From the IMG/VR virus record IMGVR_UViG_3300026521_000463, positions 29,353 through 93,352 of that record: 64,000 bases of DNA. One strand, written 5' to 3'. Both the position numbers and the translations under genes were made by a program. Each line of letters begins with the position of its first letter. Within the stretch, counting starts at the first letter, position 1. Below are positions 47,224 to 56,048 of this stretch, in pieces. Source of the stretch: a virus. The notes beneath the pieces were generated by a model that ran no database searches, was not told where the DNA came from, and worked only from the letters and a program-made list of their open reading frames with translations.

Positions 47224-49296
47224 TTAAACTAATTTTTCTGCTAAACTCTTTTTCTTTTTTGTTTTTTCTTGTTTTGAAATCTGTAAATCATACCCCATAG
47301 TTTCATATAAACTTTGTGATTTTTCAGATTCCATATTTTCTAAAACTTGTTTAACCTTATTTATATCATCAAATTTATTTAAAGTTTCTGAAATAATTTT
47401 TTTGTCAAGTTTATATAAACTCTCAAGATATTTTAGTTTATATTCATTAACTTCATTTGATAATTTTACATTAGATTCTTCAAGTGTTTCAATAATCTTA
47501 TTTTCTTTTTCTAATGTTTCATTTAAGTTATTTAATTGAGATGTTTTTTCATTTTCAAGTAAAGTAATCATTTCATTACTTTTATTTAATTCTTCTTGAA
47601 GTTTTTCAATAGTTTCAAATGTCTCATCTACTTTTTGTTTTAATGAATTGTTTTCTTTAACTAATTCATTATTTTTAGTATTTAATTTTTCTTCAATAGA
47701 ATTTATTTTTTCATTATATTCTGAATGAATTTTTTCCTCAATTTTCTTTCTTTCTTCATAAAGTTTTTTTGAAACTTCACTCTCAATAATCTTTGATTGT
47801 GTTTCTTTAATTGTCGCAAGTTTATTTTCTAACAATTGTTTTGATTTTTCAGTTTCACTAATTTTTTGAACTAACTCTTCATTTTTTGATGATAATTCAT
47901 TATTTTTAGTATTTAATTTTTCATTATTTGATTTTAATGTTTTAACACTTTTTTCAAGCAATTTATTTTTTTCTTCAATTGATTTTAATAACTCATTTTT
48001 TTCTTCAATTTCAGAAATAAAATTTTCTTTTAGTAAATTAAATGATTCTAAAATTTTATTTTTTTCATTTTCAGTTTCTATAAGTTTTTTACCTAAATCT
48101 TTAATAATTTCATTATAAGATTCTTCAAGGTTTTTTAATGCTTCATTAGACTTTTCTTGTTCTTGTTTAATAATCAGATTTGAATTTTTATCTAAAAGAT
48201 TATCAAAATCAGATTTTTCAACTTTTTCAGAATTGTTTTTAATGATTGAAATAATTTTTTTTGCTTCTGTTAAAAACTCATCATTATTTAAAACTTCTTC
48301 TAATTCATCAAGATTTTCAATTGTCAATTCAGTATTATCTGTATTGATAAATTTTAGCATTTTTTCAATAATTTTTTCTTTTTCTTTAATTAGATTATTT
48401 TCTTTAACATATTTTTCAATTATTGAATTTAAAAATTTTAATAAAGTTTCATTTGTTAAATTTTCATAATCATTTTTTTCAGAACCTTTGTCATCTTTTA
48501 CTTCTTTATCATCTTTTTTAAGGACTTCATCTTGAAGTTTATCATTTTCTTCGCTTAAATTTTTTACAATTTTTTTGTATTTTTCAAGTTCCTCAGTCAA
48601 TTTTTTATGAAGTTCTATGCCTTCAATTAAAGTGCATACTCCGTCCTCACATAAGTGAATTTTACTTTCTTTAAGTTTTTCAATATCTTCATTATTTTCT
48701 TCTTCAAGTTTTTCAATAAGTTTAACATCAACATCAGCAATTCCGGGTTTGATAACAAAATCAATACTTTCTAATTTGAATGTTTTTGGATTGATTACTT
48801 GATATCTTTTCCCGTCAATTTCTTTTGCTTCATTAACAAATTCTCCAAAACCTCTTGTAGAAACTTTCATTTTGCTACCAGCACTTAACACTGTTTTTAA
48901 AATTCTACCAGCAGGAGTGTCTAAAATTTCATATCTTGCATAACCATATCCGTCTTTGCCTAATTTTAAATCAGTTACAATATGTGAAACTTTCCCGTCT
49001 TGAAGTAACTCGTCAAGAGTATAATTTTCAGGATGACCTATACACCCAAACATTAACCTATCTCTAAGCATTTCTTTAACTTCATTATCTGATAAAGCAT
49101 TTTCCCATAATTCTTTTGCATAAAATCTACCATTTCTGCTAACACCATCTAAAACAAATGATTTACCTTCAACTACACCAAGCACTTCAAATTTACTCGA
49201 TGAAGTTGGATTATAACCTTCATCTATTTTATTTTGATATTCTTCAACAGAATAAAATTTATTATCAGATACAAATTCATCAATAATTCTAATCAT
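47224..49296 (-). CDS. Prohead protease (gp21-like) fused to a long coiled-coil scaffold
   Basis: SRNGRFY, GCIGHPE, SHIV, ILDTPAGRIL, VSTRGFG, IDFVIKPG, followed by about 480 aa of Glu/Lys heptads. Confidence 0.88.
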   Translation of the reverse strand: MIRIIDEFVSDNKFYSVEEYQNKIDEGYNPTSSSKFEVLGVVEGKSFVLDGVSRNGRFYAKELWENALSDNEVKEMLRDRLMFGCIGHPENYTLDELLQDGKVSHIVTDLKLGKDGYGYARYEILDTPAGRILKTVLSAGSKMKVSTRGFGEFVNEAKEIDGKRYQVINPKTFKLESIDFVIKPGIADVDVKLIEKLEEENNEDIEKLKESKIHLCEDGVCTLIEGIELHKKLTEELEKYKKIVKNLSEENDKLQDEVLKKDDKEVKDDKGSEKNDYENLTNETLLKFLNSIIEKYVKENNLIKEKEKIIEKMLKFINTDNTELTIENLDELEEVLNNDEFLTEAKKIISIIKNNSEKVEKSDFDNLLDKNSNLIIKQEQEKSNEALKNLEESYNEIIKDLGKKLIETENEKNKILESFNLLKENFISEIEEKNELLKSIEEKNKLLEKSVKTLKSNNEKLNTKNNELSSKNEELVQKISETEKSKQLLENKLATIKETQSKIIESEVSKKLYEERKKIEEKIHSEYNEKINSIEEKLNTKNNELVKENNSLKQKVDETFETIEKLQEELNKSNEMITLLENEKTSQLNNLNETLEKENKIIETLEESNVKLSNEVNEYKLKYLESLYKLDKKIISETLNKFDDINKVKQVLENMESEKSQSLYETMGYDLQISKQEKTKKKKSLAEKLV

Positions 49297-49305
49297 TTTT
49301 TACCT

Positions 49306-49782
49306 TTATTCACTAAAAAATTCAAATAATTCAATAATGATTTCTTTAGATTTGATTTCATCTTGTTTATATAAATTATTTAACATTTCTTTTTCAATTA
49401 TTTCACTATATTTTAAAAACAATTCAAACATTTTTAAAAATTCAGCGATGTTTCTATAATCTGCCTCAAAGTATTGTAACTCTATCAATAAATGTGTTTT
49501 TATTGAATTTAAAGCAGTTAAAACACTAATCATTTCCGAATAATTTAAAACATCTTTTTCTTTTAAAGTATTTAAAGATTCTAAAATTTTTTTCTTAAAT
49601 CTTTTTTTATGTGTAGAAAGTTTCCATTTATTGAGACCATTTTTTAATTTTTCTTTATCAAAATTCTCAACCTCAATTTTTTCAAATTTTTTAGCAAGTA
49701 AAATTTTTTTTACAAATTTTGATTCATCAAGTCCAAGGACTTGATATTCAAACTCATCTGATTCATTTTTAAATTTTATCAT
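49306..49782 (-). CDS. Hypothetical head-module protein
   Basis: Between the portal and protease genes. Confidence 0.6.
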   Translation of the reverse strand: MIKFKNESDEFEYQVLGLDESKFVKKILLAKKFEKIEVENFDKEKLKNGLNKWKLSTHKKRFKKKILESLNTLKEKDVLNYSEMISVLTALNSIKTHLLIELQYFEADYRNIAEFLKMFELFLKYSEIIEKEMLNNLYKQDEIKSKEIIIELFEFFSE

Positions 49783-49784
49783 AA

Positions 49785-51236
49785 TTACTCCTCGTCTTCG
49801 CCTTCGTTTTCATCAACGACAAACATAGGTTCCCCAAATAATTTTTCAAAAGATTTATTGTAATACTTAACTAATGCTTTTTGATTAACTTTTACACCTA
49901 ATTCTTCTGCTTCATCGGCAATATCACCTACAAAAGATTTGATTGTGTCCATCATATCAATTGTCATAGATAAGTATTCAACTTTTTCTAAATCGTTAAG
50001 ATTTACTACATTTAAGAATTGAATATCAATATGTCTGATAGAAATATCGTGTCCTTGATTTTTCAAGTGTATTAAAAAAAGTTGCTGTAATGAATTTATT
50101 AACCCTGTTTGAAATGTTTTTAATTTTTTTGAATATCTTACACTATTTTGAATAATATCCATTCTTCCTGCTGAGTTATTGAATATATCTTCAGGATATC
50201 CGTTTGTAGTTAAAATTACATTTCTTAAATCTTCAATTTTTGTAAATAAATCTTCTAAATCTTCATAAACACCATATTCTTGTTTTTCAAGTTGCCCTTT
50301 ATCTCCCCAACTTGGGACAACCTTAACATTGTTTGTATTTTCTAAAATACTATTTAAGGTATCTTTTATATTTTCAAAATCAAATTCAACTTTATTAAGT
50401 GATTTATTTACCAATTTTTCATAACTTTTAGCAATGTTTATTGCTTCTTCAGGACTAACTGAATCAGGTATTGACACACCTAAAACATTTTGTTTAGTTG
50501 CTTTTTTAAGAAGATTGATATAAACTAAACCTTCTAATAAATATAATGTCCTTAACAATTCAATTACAGGATTTAGAATACCTTGCCCTGTTTTGAAATA
50601 AACTGCTTCCTCATCGTTTAATTCAACTTTTACTTTCTTTCTTGAAGTTGAAAAACCAAAAAATACATATTTATAAGCAGGTTCTTTATAAATTTTATTA
50701 TCTTTTATAACATTATAATATAAAACTTGATTATCTCGCCATATCGGAATTATTTTAGTAGGGTCTGTGTCGTCGTGAATGTTTATAATACCTTTTAAGA
50801 CTTTATCACTATCTATTGTTTCAACATCAAGTCTAAGGTAATGAGAACCATATGCTAAAATATCAGGTGCTATATCTATTAAAAGTTTTTCTATATTAAA
50901 ATTTTTTTTAAAAAGATTTGCTTCTTTTGTAGCAACTTCATTTACTGTATCGTCTTCATTTTTAATAGTTACCTTAAAAATTTCATTTTCACTACCCACA
51001 GGATTTAAAGCATCATCAATAATTCTGCTTATCATCATTTGTGAAAGATAAAAATCTTTCAATTCTGAAAGAAGTTTATGGGTTTTAACTAAATCATCTC
51101 TTGTAGATAAAAGTGCTAAATTAACTTTTTTCTGTGAATCTGATTCATTACTATTAACATAATCGCCTGTGGCAGGGTCTTTTTTTGTATTCATCCAATA
51201 GAATAATTTTTGTGCTGCTTTATTCCACATACTCAT
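49785..51236 (-). CDS. Portal protein (gp20-like)
   Basis: Size, position between terminase and protease, LAYGSHYL, and VRYSKKLKTFQ. TTAAATA at 51258-51264. Confidence 0.8.
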   Translation of the reverse strand: MSMWNKAAQKLFYWMNTKKDPATGDYVNSNESDSQKKVNLALLSTRDDLVKTHKLLSELKDFYLSQMMISRIIDDALNPVGSENEIFKVTIKNEDDTVNEVATKEANLFKKNFNIEKLLIDIAPDILAYGSHYLRLDVETIDSDKVLKGIINIHDDTDPTKIIPIWRDNQVLYYNVIKDNKIYKEPAYKYVFFGFSTSRKKVKVELNDEEAVYFKTGQGILNPVIELLRTLYLLEGLVYINLLKKATKQNVLGVSIPDSVSPEEAINIAKSYEKLVNKSLNKVEFDFENIKDTLNSILENTNNVKVVPSWGDKGQLEKQEYGVYEDLEDLFTKIEDLRNVILTTNGYPEDIFNNSAGRMDIIQNSVRYSKKLKTFQTGLINSLQQLFLIHLKNQGHDISIRHIDIQFLNVVNLNDLEKVEYLSMTIDMMDTIKSFVGDIADEAEELGVKVNQKALVKYYNKSFEKLFGEPMFVVDENEGEDEE

Positions 51237-51265
51237 CTTCTGCTCCTCTTTTAAATTTATTTAAT

Positions 51266-53278
51266 TTAATTTTCAAGATAATCAATTGTAATTCCTCCTC
51301 TTGAAGTTATTGCATCGTATAAATCATCACCTGAACTTACACCTGATTTTATTTTCAATTCTTTTACAAAGTTATTATCCTCTAATTTATCATATTTAAT
51401 TTGATTGAAGTTATAAATAGCATTAGCAATAGGGTCTGTTAAATCTTTTGACACATTTAAATCTCTTTCTTTTAAAACAGGAACATTACTTTTAACACCT
51501 TCAAGGTGGTCTATTTTTTTCTCATTTTCAATTAAGCAACTTATTTCTTCTTTTAAAATCATATTATTTGGAAGTTTTACTCTTCCTTCTTCAATAGCAT
51601 ATCTAAAAGCATAATAAGGTTTTTTGTTTTTATCAACTGATGATTCTTTTATATTAAACCCGTCTTGTTCTAAAATTTGAATAGTATCAACAGATTGATA
51701 ACCATCCGTAACAATCAACTCAATTTTAAATCCTATTCTTCTTAAATCTCTTATAAAATCTCTTATTTTTTCAAGTCTTATTTTTTCACCTGGGTTGTCA
51801 GGCATAAAGGCAATAACAAGGTCTGCCCAATATACAAAATCTTCATAAGTTGAAATTTTACCATCTCTAAATCTATCAACTTTTTTCTCAGAAACTCTGT
51901 GCAACATTGCTATACCTAATCTATCTCTATTTAAACCTATATCAATCGCAAGAATTCTTTTTTTATCTAATCCAAATTGGGTTAGTTTTTTAATATCAAA
52001 ATGGTCTATAATCCTGTCAGAAACATCATTTGTTATTTTCATATAATCTTTATCATATGTTTTTGTCAATGATAATGTCTTATTTATAAGACTTTTGTCT
52101 TTTAAAAATGATTTTGAATTTATAGTAGGTTTTCCTAAAACATCTTGGATACCTGTAATAACACTATTTTTAAATTCTTGTAAATGTTCTATAGGAACTT
52201 TATAAATTTTTGAAGGGTCTATTTCCATTGCCTTATTAAAGTCTTCATCAGTATGAATTATAAATGGGTCGGCATCATATGTTCCTATAAAAACTTGAAA
52301 AGTGTCCCCAGAATAATCTATTTTATGTTTTAAAACTTCAAATCTTGCGGGATTTACAAATTCAACACCAGATAAATCACCTTCAAAATTTTCTTTTAAT
52401 TGTTCAGTTAAAGAACCATCTGTTTGAGCAGATGAAATAATATAATAATGACAGGGCCAAGTATTTCCTTTTAATAGAAACCTTGAATTGATTCTGTTTA
52501 TCATTTCAGTAACCAATTCCATAGAACCACCCTTGACAACTTCCTGATTTATCTCATCAGAAACTGCGGCAATTACATCTCTACCGACTAATTGTCTTTT
52601 TCTTGAAACTGTTTTAATATCTAAACCTTTTTGAAATAAAGTTCTACCTGACTTATCAAAATGTTCCACAAAAAACGGACTTTCTCTGATGATTGCCATC
52701 ATCGGGTCAAAATTTATACTCTCTGCTGCTTCTAATGAAGAATTTGTAAGCATATAGATAATTTTTGTGGTATTAGGTAAATTAAATGCTGCCTGAGGGT
52801 TTTTTAGATGTAAAATTCTACAAATATCATATAATAAAGCATAAGTTGAAATTTTTGTATTATGATGAATTTCCCCATTAGGTGTGAGATAAAGATTAGG
52901 TCTGTCAATGTTTATATCATAAACTATTTCTTCATCATTTAATTTTTCTTTTTTAACAATTTCTATATTTTCAATTTCGTTTTTATCATTTATAACATCT
53001 ATAGATTCGGCGTCAATTGCTGAAATTTTTTTATTATTAGATATAATAGAGTGATTTTTAGACACCTTTAAGGTATTACCATTCGCAAGTATCAATTCAA
53101 TAGTTTCATCTTTTTTAGTAACTAAAAAATTTATTTTACTTTTACCTGAAGGAGTTTTTATAAACATTTCAACAGGAGGTAAATGAGCAAATCCGTTTTT
53201 ATTAAAATAATCATTATTTATATGTGCTATTTGAAATTTTTGGAATAATTTACCTATAGGAATTCTTATTTTCTTCAA
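51266..53278 (-). CDS. Terminase large subunit C-part, preceded by the C-half of a split intein
   Basis: The first 140 aa are an IntC (SKNH, VYDINID, HHN). The rest has T of Walker A, Walker B AAVSDE, YYIISS, and nuclease AIDIG, TDGYQS, KDLTD. Confidence 0.9.
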   Translation of the reverse strand: MKKIRIPIGKLFQKFQIAHINNDYFNKNGFAHLPPVEMFIKTPSGKSKINFLVTKKDETIELILANGNTLKVSKNHSIISNNKKISAIDAESIDVINDKNEIENIEIVKKEKLNDEEIVYDINIDRPNLYLTPNGEIHHNTKISTYALLYDICRILHLKNPQAAFNLPNTTKIIYMLTNSSLEAAESINFDPMMAIIRESPFFVEHFDKSGRTLFQKGLDIKTVSRKRQLVGRDVIAAVSDEINQEVVKGGSMELVTEMINRINSRFLLKGNTWPCHYYIISSAQTDGSLTEQLKENFEGDLSGVEFVNPARFEVLKHKIDYSGDTFQVFIGTYDADPFIIHTDEDFNKAMEIDPSKIYKVPIEHLQEFKNSVITGIQDVLGKPTINSKSFLKDKSLINKTLSLTKTYDKDYMKITNDVSDRIIDHFDIKKLTQFGLDKKRILAIDIGLNRDRLGIAMLHRVSEKKVDRFRDGKISTYEDFVYWADLVIAFMPDNPGEKIRLEKIRDFIRDLRRIGFKIELIVTDGYQSVDTIQILEQDGFNIKESSVDKNKKPYYAFRYAIEEGRVKLPNNMILKEEISCLIENEKKIDHLEGVKSNVPVLKERDLNVSKDLTDPIANAIYNFNQIKYDKLEDNNFVKELKIKSGVSSGDDLYDAITSRGGITIDYLEN
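52859..53278 (-). mobile_element. Split intein, C-fragment (140 aa)
   Basis: Block B S-x-x-H, block F VYDI.I, block G H-H-N followed by Thr+1. No endonuclease domain. Confidence 0.88.
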
Positions 53279-53317
53279 AAATACTCCTTGTTTTTGAAGT
53301 ATTTAATTTCCTAAGGT

Positions 53318-53953
53318 TTAAATGAATTCTCCTAAACCTCTTTTTGCTGTTCTAACTTCAATTATAGGTTTTTTATCAATCGGATTTAATGATAATAAAG
53401 GTTTTATAAATTTTTTAAATGCTACTAAAATATCACTCATAACATTTTCATCAATTTTAGGATTTAATAAGATTATAGTAGTGTTAAAATTACTTCTAAT
53501 TTTCATAATACCTGGTATTCTTATAAATAGTTTATTTAAGTCTAATTTTAATGCTACTTGCTTTTTTATTTTTTTAGCAGTTTCTCTAACCACTTCAAAA
53601 AAAGGTGTAACTTTTATTTCTAATAATTTTTCCATTTTGTCTAAGAAGTATTTTTCAACTTTTTTAATAAAAATTTCAACCTTTGAAGATTTTATTTTTC
53701 CATCAAGAAAATTCATCCACTTGCCTTGTTTGAATATAACAAATTCACCTAATTTTTTAGAATAAAATCTCATCGAAGAATTAAAAACTTCAACCTTAAA
53801 ACCCCATTTTTTAAAAACTTTACTTAGAGTGTCTAAAACAATTTTATAATCATCTTCTATTTTTAATTTATCAAATTTTAACATTTTCATAAGAGTTGTA
53901 TCATCTATTCCTACTTGTTTAGAAAGTATTTTCAACTCATTTAAACCTATCAT
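53318..53953 (-). CDS. Basic orphan protein between the two terminase halves
   Basis: 211-aa Lys-rich ORF with its own RBS and a class II-like promoter at 53977-54006. Confidence 0.65.
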   Translation of the reverse strand: MIGLNELKILSKQVGIDDTTLMKMLKFDKLKIEDDYKIVLDTLSKVFKKWGFKVEVFNSSMRFYSKKLGEFVIFKQGKWMNFLDGKIKSSKVEIFIKKVEKYFLDKMEKLLEIKVTPFFEVVRETAKKIKKQVALKLDLNKLFIRIPGIMKIRSNFNTTIILLNPKIDENVMSDILVAFKKFIKPLLSLNPIDKKPIIEVRTAKRGLGEFI

Positions 53954-54031
53954 TTTTATTCCTTAATTTTTTTATAATTATACAAAAATAATTTTAGAAA
54001 TTAACCTTTGTATAGTTATAAATGAAGAAGA

Positions 54032-54352
54032 TTAAACAATATAATCTTCAAGACCAAATCTTTTAATATCTTCTTCACTCATTTCAATTTCAATTTCTTG
54101 TTCTTTTGCAAGACACTTTCCTACACCTGTAGCCCCAGATAAAATAATCATTTTAACATTCGGGTCATATTGATAAAAAGGTGTAGGGAACCATTCTTCA
54201 AGTTTGTTTTTCCAATAGGGGAATACTTTTGTTCCCTTATTTGTTTCTTCACCTAAATAATAAGGATTTTCCAAAAACTCTTTTATAGTTGGTGGAGTTT
54301 TTTCATATCCTAATTGTTTTGCTGCTTTGTCATAAACTTGTTTTAATGACAT
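54032..54352 (-). CDS. Terminase large subunit N-part fused to the N-half of a split intein
   Basis: PPTIKEFLENPYYLG, VFPYWK..L, truncated Walker A ILSGATGVGK, then CLAKEQEIEI... Confidence 0.9.
   Translation of the reverse strand: MSLKQVYDKAAKQLGYEKTPPTIKEFLENPYYLGEETNKGTKVFPYWKNKLEEWFPTPFYQYDPNVKMIILSGATGVGKCLAKEQEIEIEMSEEDIKRFGLEDYIV
54035..54115 (-). mobile_element. Split intein, N-fragment (27 aa)
   Basis: Block A-like CLAKEQEIEI immediately after GK, then a stop. Confidence 0.85.
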
Positions 54353-54356
54353 TTAT

Positions 54357-54575
54357 TTATCCTTCCGTAGGTTTATTTCCTTCAACCAATTCATTAGAAA
54401 CACTATCTACAATTTTTCTAATTTCATCCATATTGATGTCTTCGTTGCCACTTTTAATTGCCATTTTAAGAACTGCTTCACATAAAATCATAACATTTAC
54501 AATATCTTTAACTGATGTCTCAGGTGTTTCAATTTTAAGTTGCTCTCCTACTTCAAATACAATTTTTTTACTCAT
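54357..54575 (-). CDS. Hypothetical protein
   Basis: Behind the promoter at 54603-54631. Confidence 0.55.
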   Translation of the reverse strand: MSKKIVFEVGEQLKIETPETSVKDIVNVMILCEAVLKMAIKSGNEDINMDEIRKIVDSVSNELVEGNKPTEG

Positions 54576-54602
54576 TTCAATCCTTTATGTTTTATTTTTA
54601 TA

Positions 54603-54631
54603 ATTATATCAAAAAAATTTAAAAATATCAA
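54603..54631 (-). promoter_or_regulatory. Sigma70-type promoter TTGATA-N17-TATAAT upstream of the TerL N-part operon
   Basis: Near-consensus boxes with extended -10 TG. Confidence 0.65.
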
Positions 54632-54645
54632 CCTTTTTATAAAAA

Positions 54646-55278
54646 TTATAATAAATCATCTTCATCAAATTCAAGTGTTATTTTACTTGATTTTTTAAGT
54701 GAAGGTTCAATAATTTCTTCACCTAAAGCACCTTCAAGAATATCTTCTTTAGGTTCACCCATTAACTCATTTAAAAATTCATCTGTAGAATTATCAGGAT
54801 TAACTTCACTATCATAAACCTCTTCCATATATTCACGATTTAATTCTTTTGAATTTTGTGTATGTATATCACTTTTTGTAATAGGAACGACAATTGCCTT
54901 TGTATAGATGTGCCCATATTCGTCATTATTAGAATATAAGTCAAAAACTCTATATAACTCATCTCCTGCTTCCATTTTGAATACTATCAATGAATTTATA
55001 GGAACATTTGCTAAATCGTCAAAATATATTGCTTTTTCATCTCCGTTTAATTCGTCAAAAAATCCCCCATAATGAGGTTTTGCTCCGTTAAAAACAAAAG
55101 GGGCAAGAAATTTTCCCTGCCAATCAGGTGTGTCATTATAAACTATTTCATCGTCATAACCACCTCTTCCGCTTTCATATTCTTTTGGATAATACATTTC
55201 TCCATCAATTCCGAAGATATTTGATAAAACACTTACAGCAGTTCTTCCTGCTATTCTTAAAGTTGGACTAAATAACAT
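54646..55278 (-). CDS. Putative head closure/neck protein (gp14-like)
   Basis: FGIDGEMYYP N-terminal pattern, SPP1 gp16-like beta pattern, acidic tail. Confidence 0.45.
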   Translation of the reverse strand: MLFSPTLRIAGRTAVSVLSNIFGIDGEMYYPKEYESGRGGYDDEIVYNDTPDWQGKFLAPFVFNGAKPHYGGFFDELNGDEKAIYFDDLANVPINSLIVFKMEAGDELYRVFDLYSNNDEYGHIYTKAIVVPITKSDIHTQNSKELNREYMEEVYDSEVNPDNSTDEFLNELMGEPKEDILEGALGEEIIEPSLKKSSKITLEFDEDDLL

Positions 55279-55289
55279 TTTTAAACACC

Positions 55290-55745
55290 TTAATCAAAAT
55301 TTACAACTTCAATAACGCCAGGACATCCATCAGTTATTTCGTTTTCATCACTAAAATCAACATATAATAAAGGAGTTTTATCAAATGTATAAACAGGGTC
55401 TAAAACTTTATTGAAAAATAATAATGAATTTTCATATAATATATTATCACTAACATTTATTGATTTGCAAGAAGGATAATATACCGAAATATCAATAGGC
55501 ACCTCCATAAATCTATCATAATAATACTTATTTGCTGCTTCAGGAACTGCTGGTAAATCTTCAGAATATTCTAATGGAATTTCATCATCAGGGCAATAAC
55601 TAATAATTCCGTCTCCATCTGCTTCCAAATAAATAATTGTTCTTGAATAAAATGTTTCTTTTAATGCTTCGTTATTTACATAATCTTCAAAAATTTCCAG
55701 AGGTATTTTTTCAACGGATTCATTTATATTTCTAAAAATACCCAT
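55290..55745 (-). CDS. Hypothetical acidic protein
   Basis: Operonic ORF. Confidence 0.55.
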   Translation of the reverse strand: MGIFRNINESVEKIPLEIFEDYVNNEALKETFYSRTIIYLEADGDGIISYCPDDEIPLEYSEDLPAVPEAANKYYYDRFMEVPIDISVYYPSCKSINVSDNILYENSLLFFNKVLDPVYTFDKTPLLYVDFSDENEITDGCPGVIEVVNFD

Positions 55746-55754
55746 TTTAAACCC

Positions 55755-56021
55755 TTAGATTTCAACATTACTGAATAATGTTTGAGTAACTACATCATAG
55801 ATTCCTATAATAGTTTCATTATTTTTTAAAAATAAACTACCACTTCTAAAAGTATCATCTTCTATTTCAATACCATTTTCTTTTGCAATTTTTTCAACTT
55901 CATCTTGAAGTAAAAATTTATTATATCTCATTTTATTTTTTAAAGTAAAGATTTGAGTTGTTATCCCACTATTTTGGAACATTCTTTGATTTTTCATTAA
56001 CATTGATGTTATTGCTGACAT
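55755..56021 (-). CDS. Hypothetical protein (start revised to ATG 56021)
   Basis: AAGGA RBS before the ATG at 56021. TTAAATA at 56038-56044. Confidence 0.5.
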   Translation of the reverse strand: MSAITSMLMKNQRMFQNSGITTQIFTLKNKMRYNKFLLQDEVEKIAKENGIEIEDDTFRSGSLFLKNNETIIGIYDVVTQTLFSNVEI

Positions 56022-56048
56022 AAATATCCTTTTCAATTATTTAATTTT

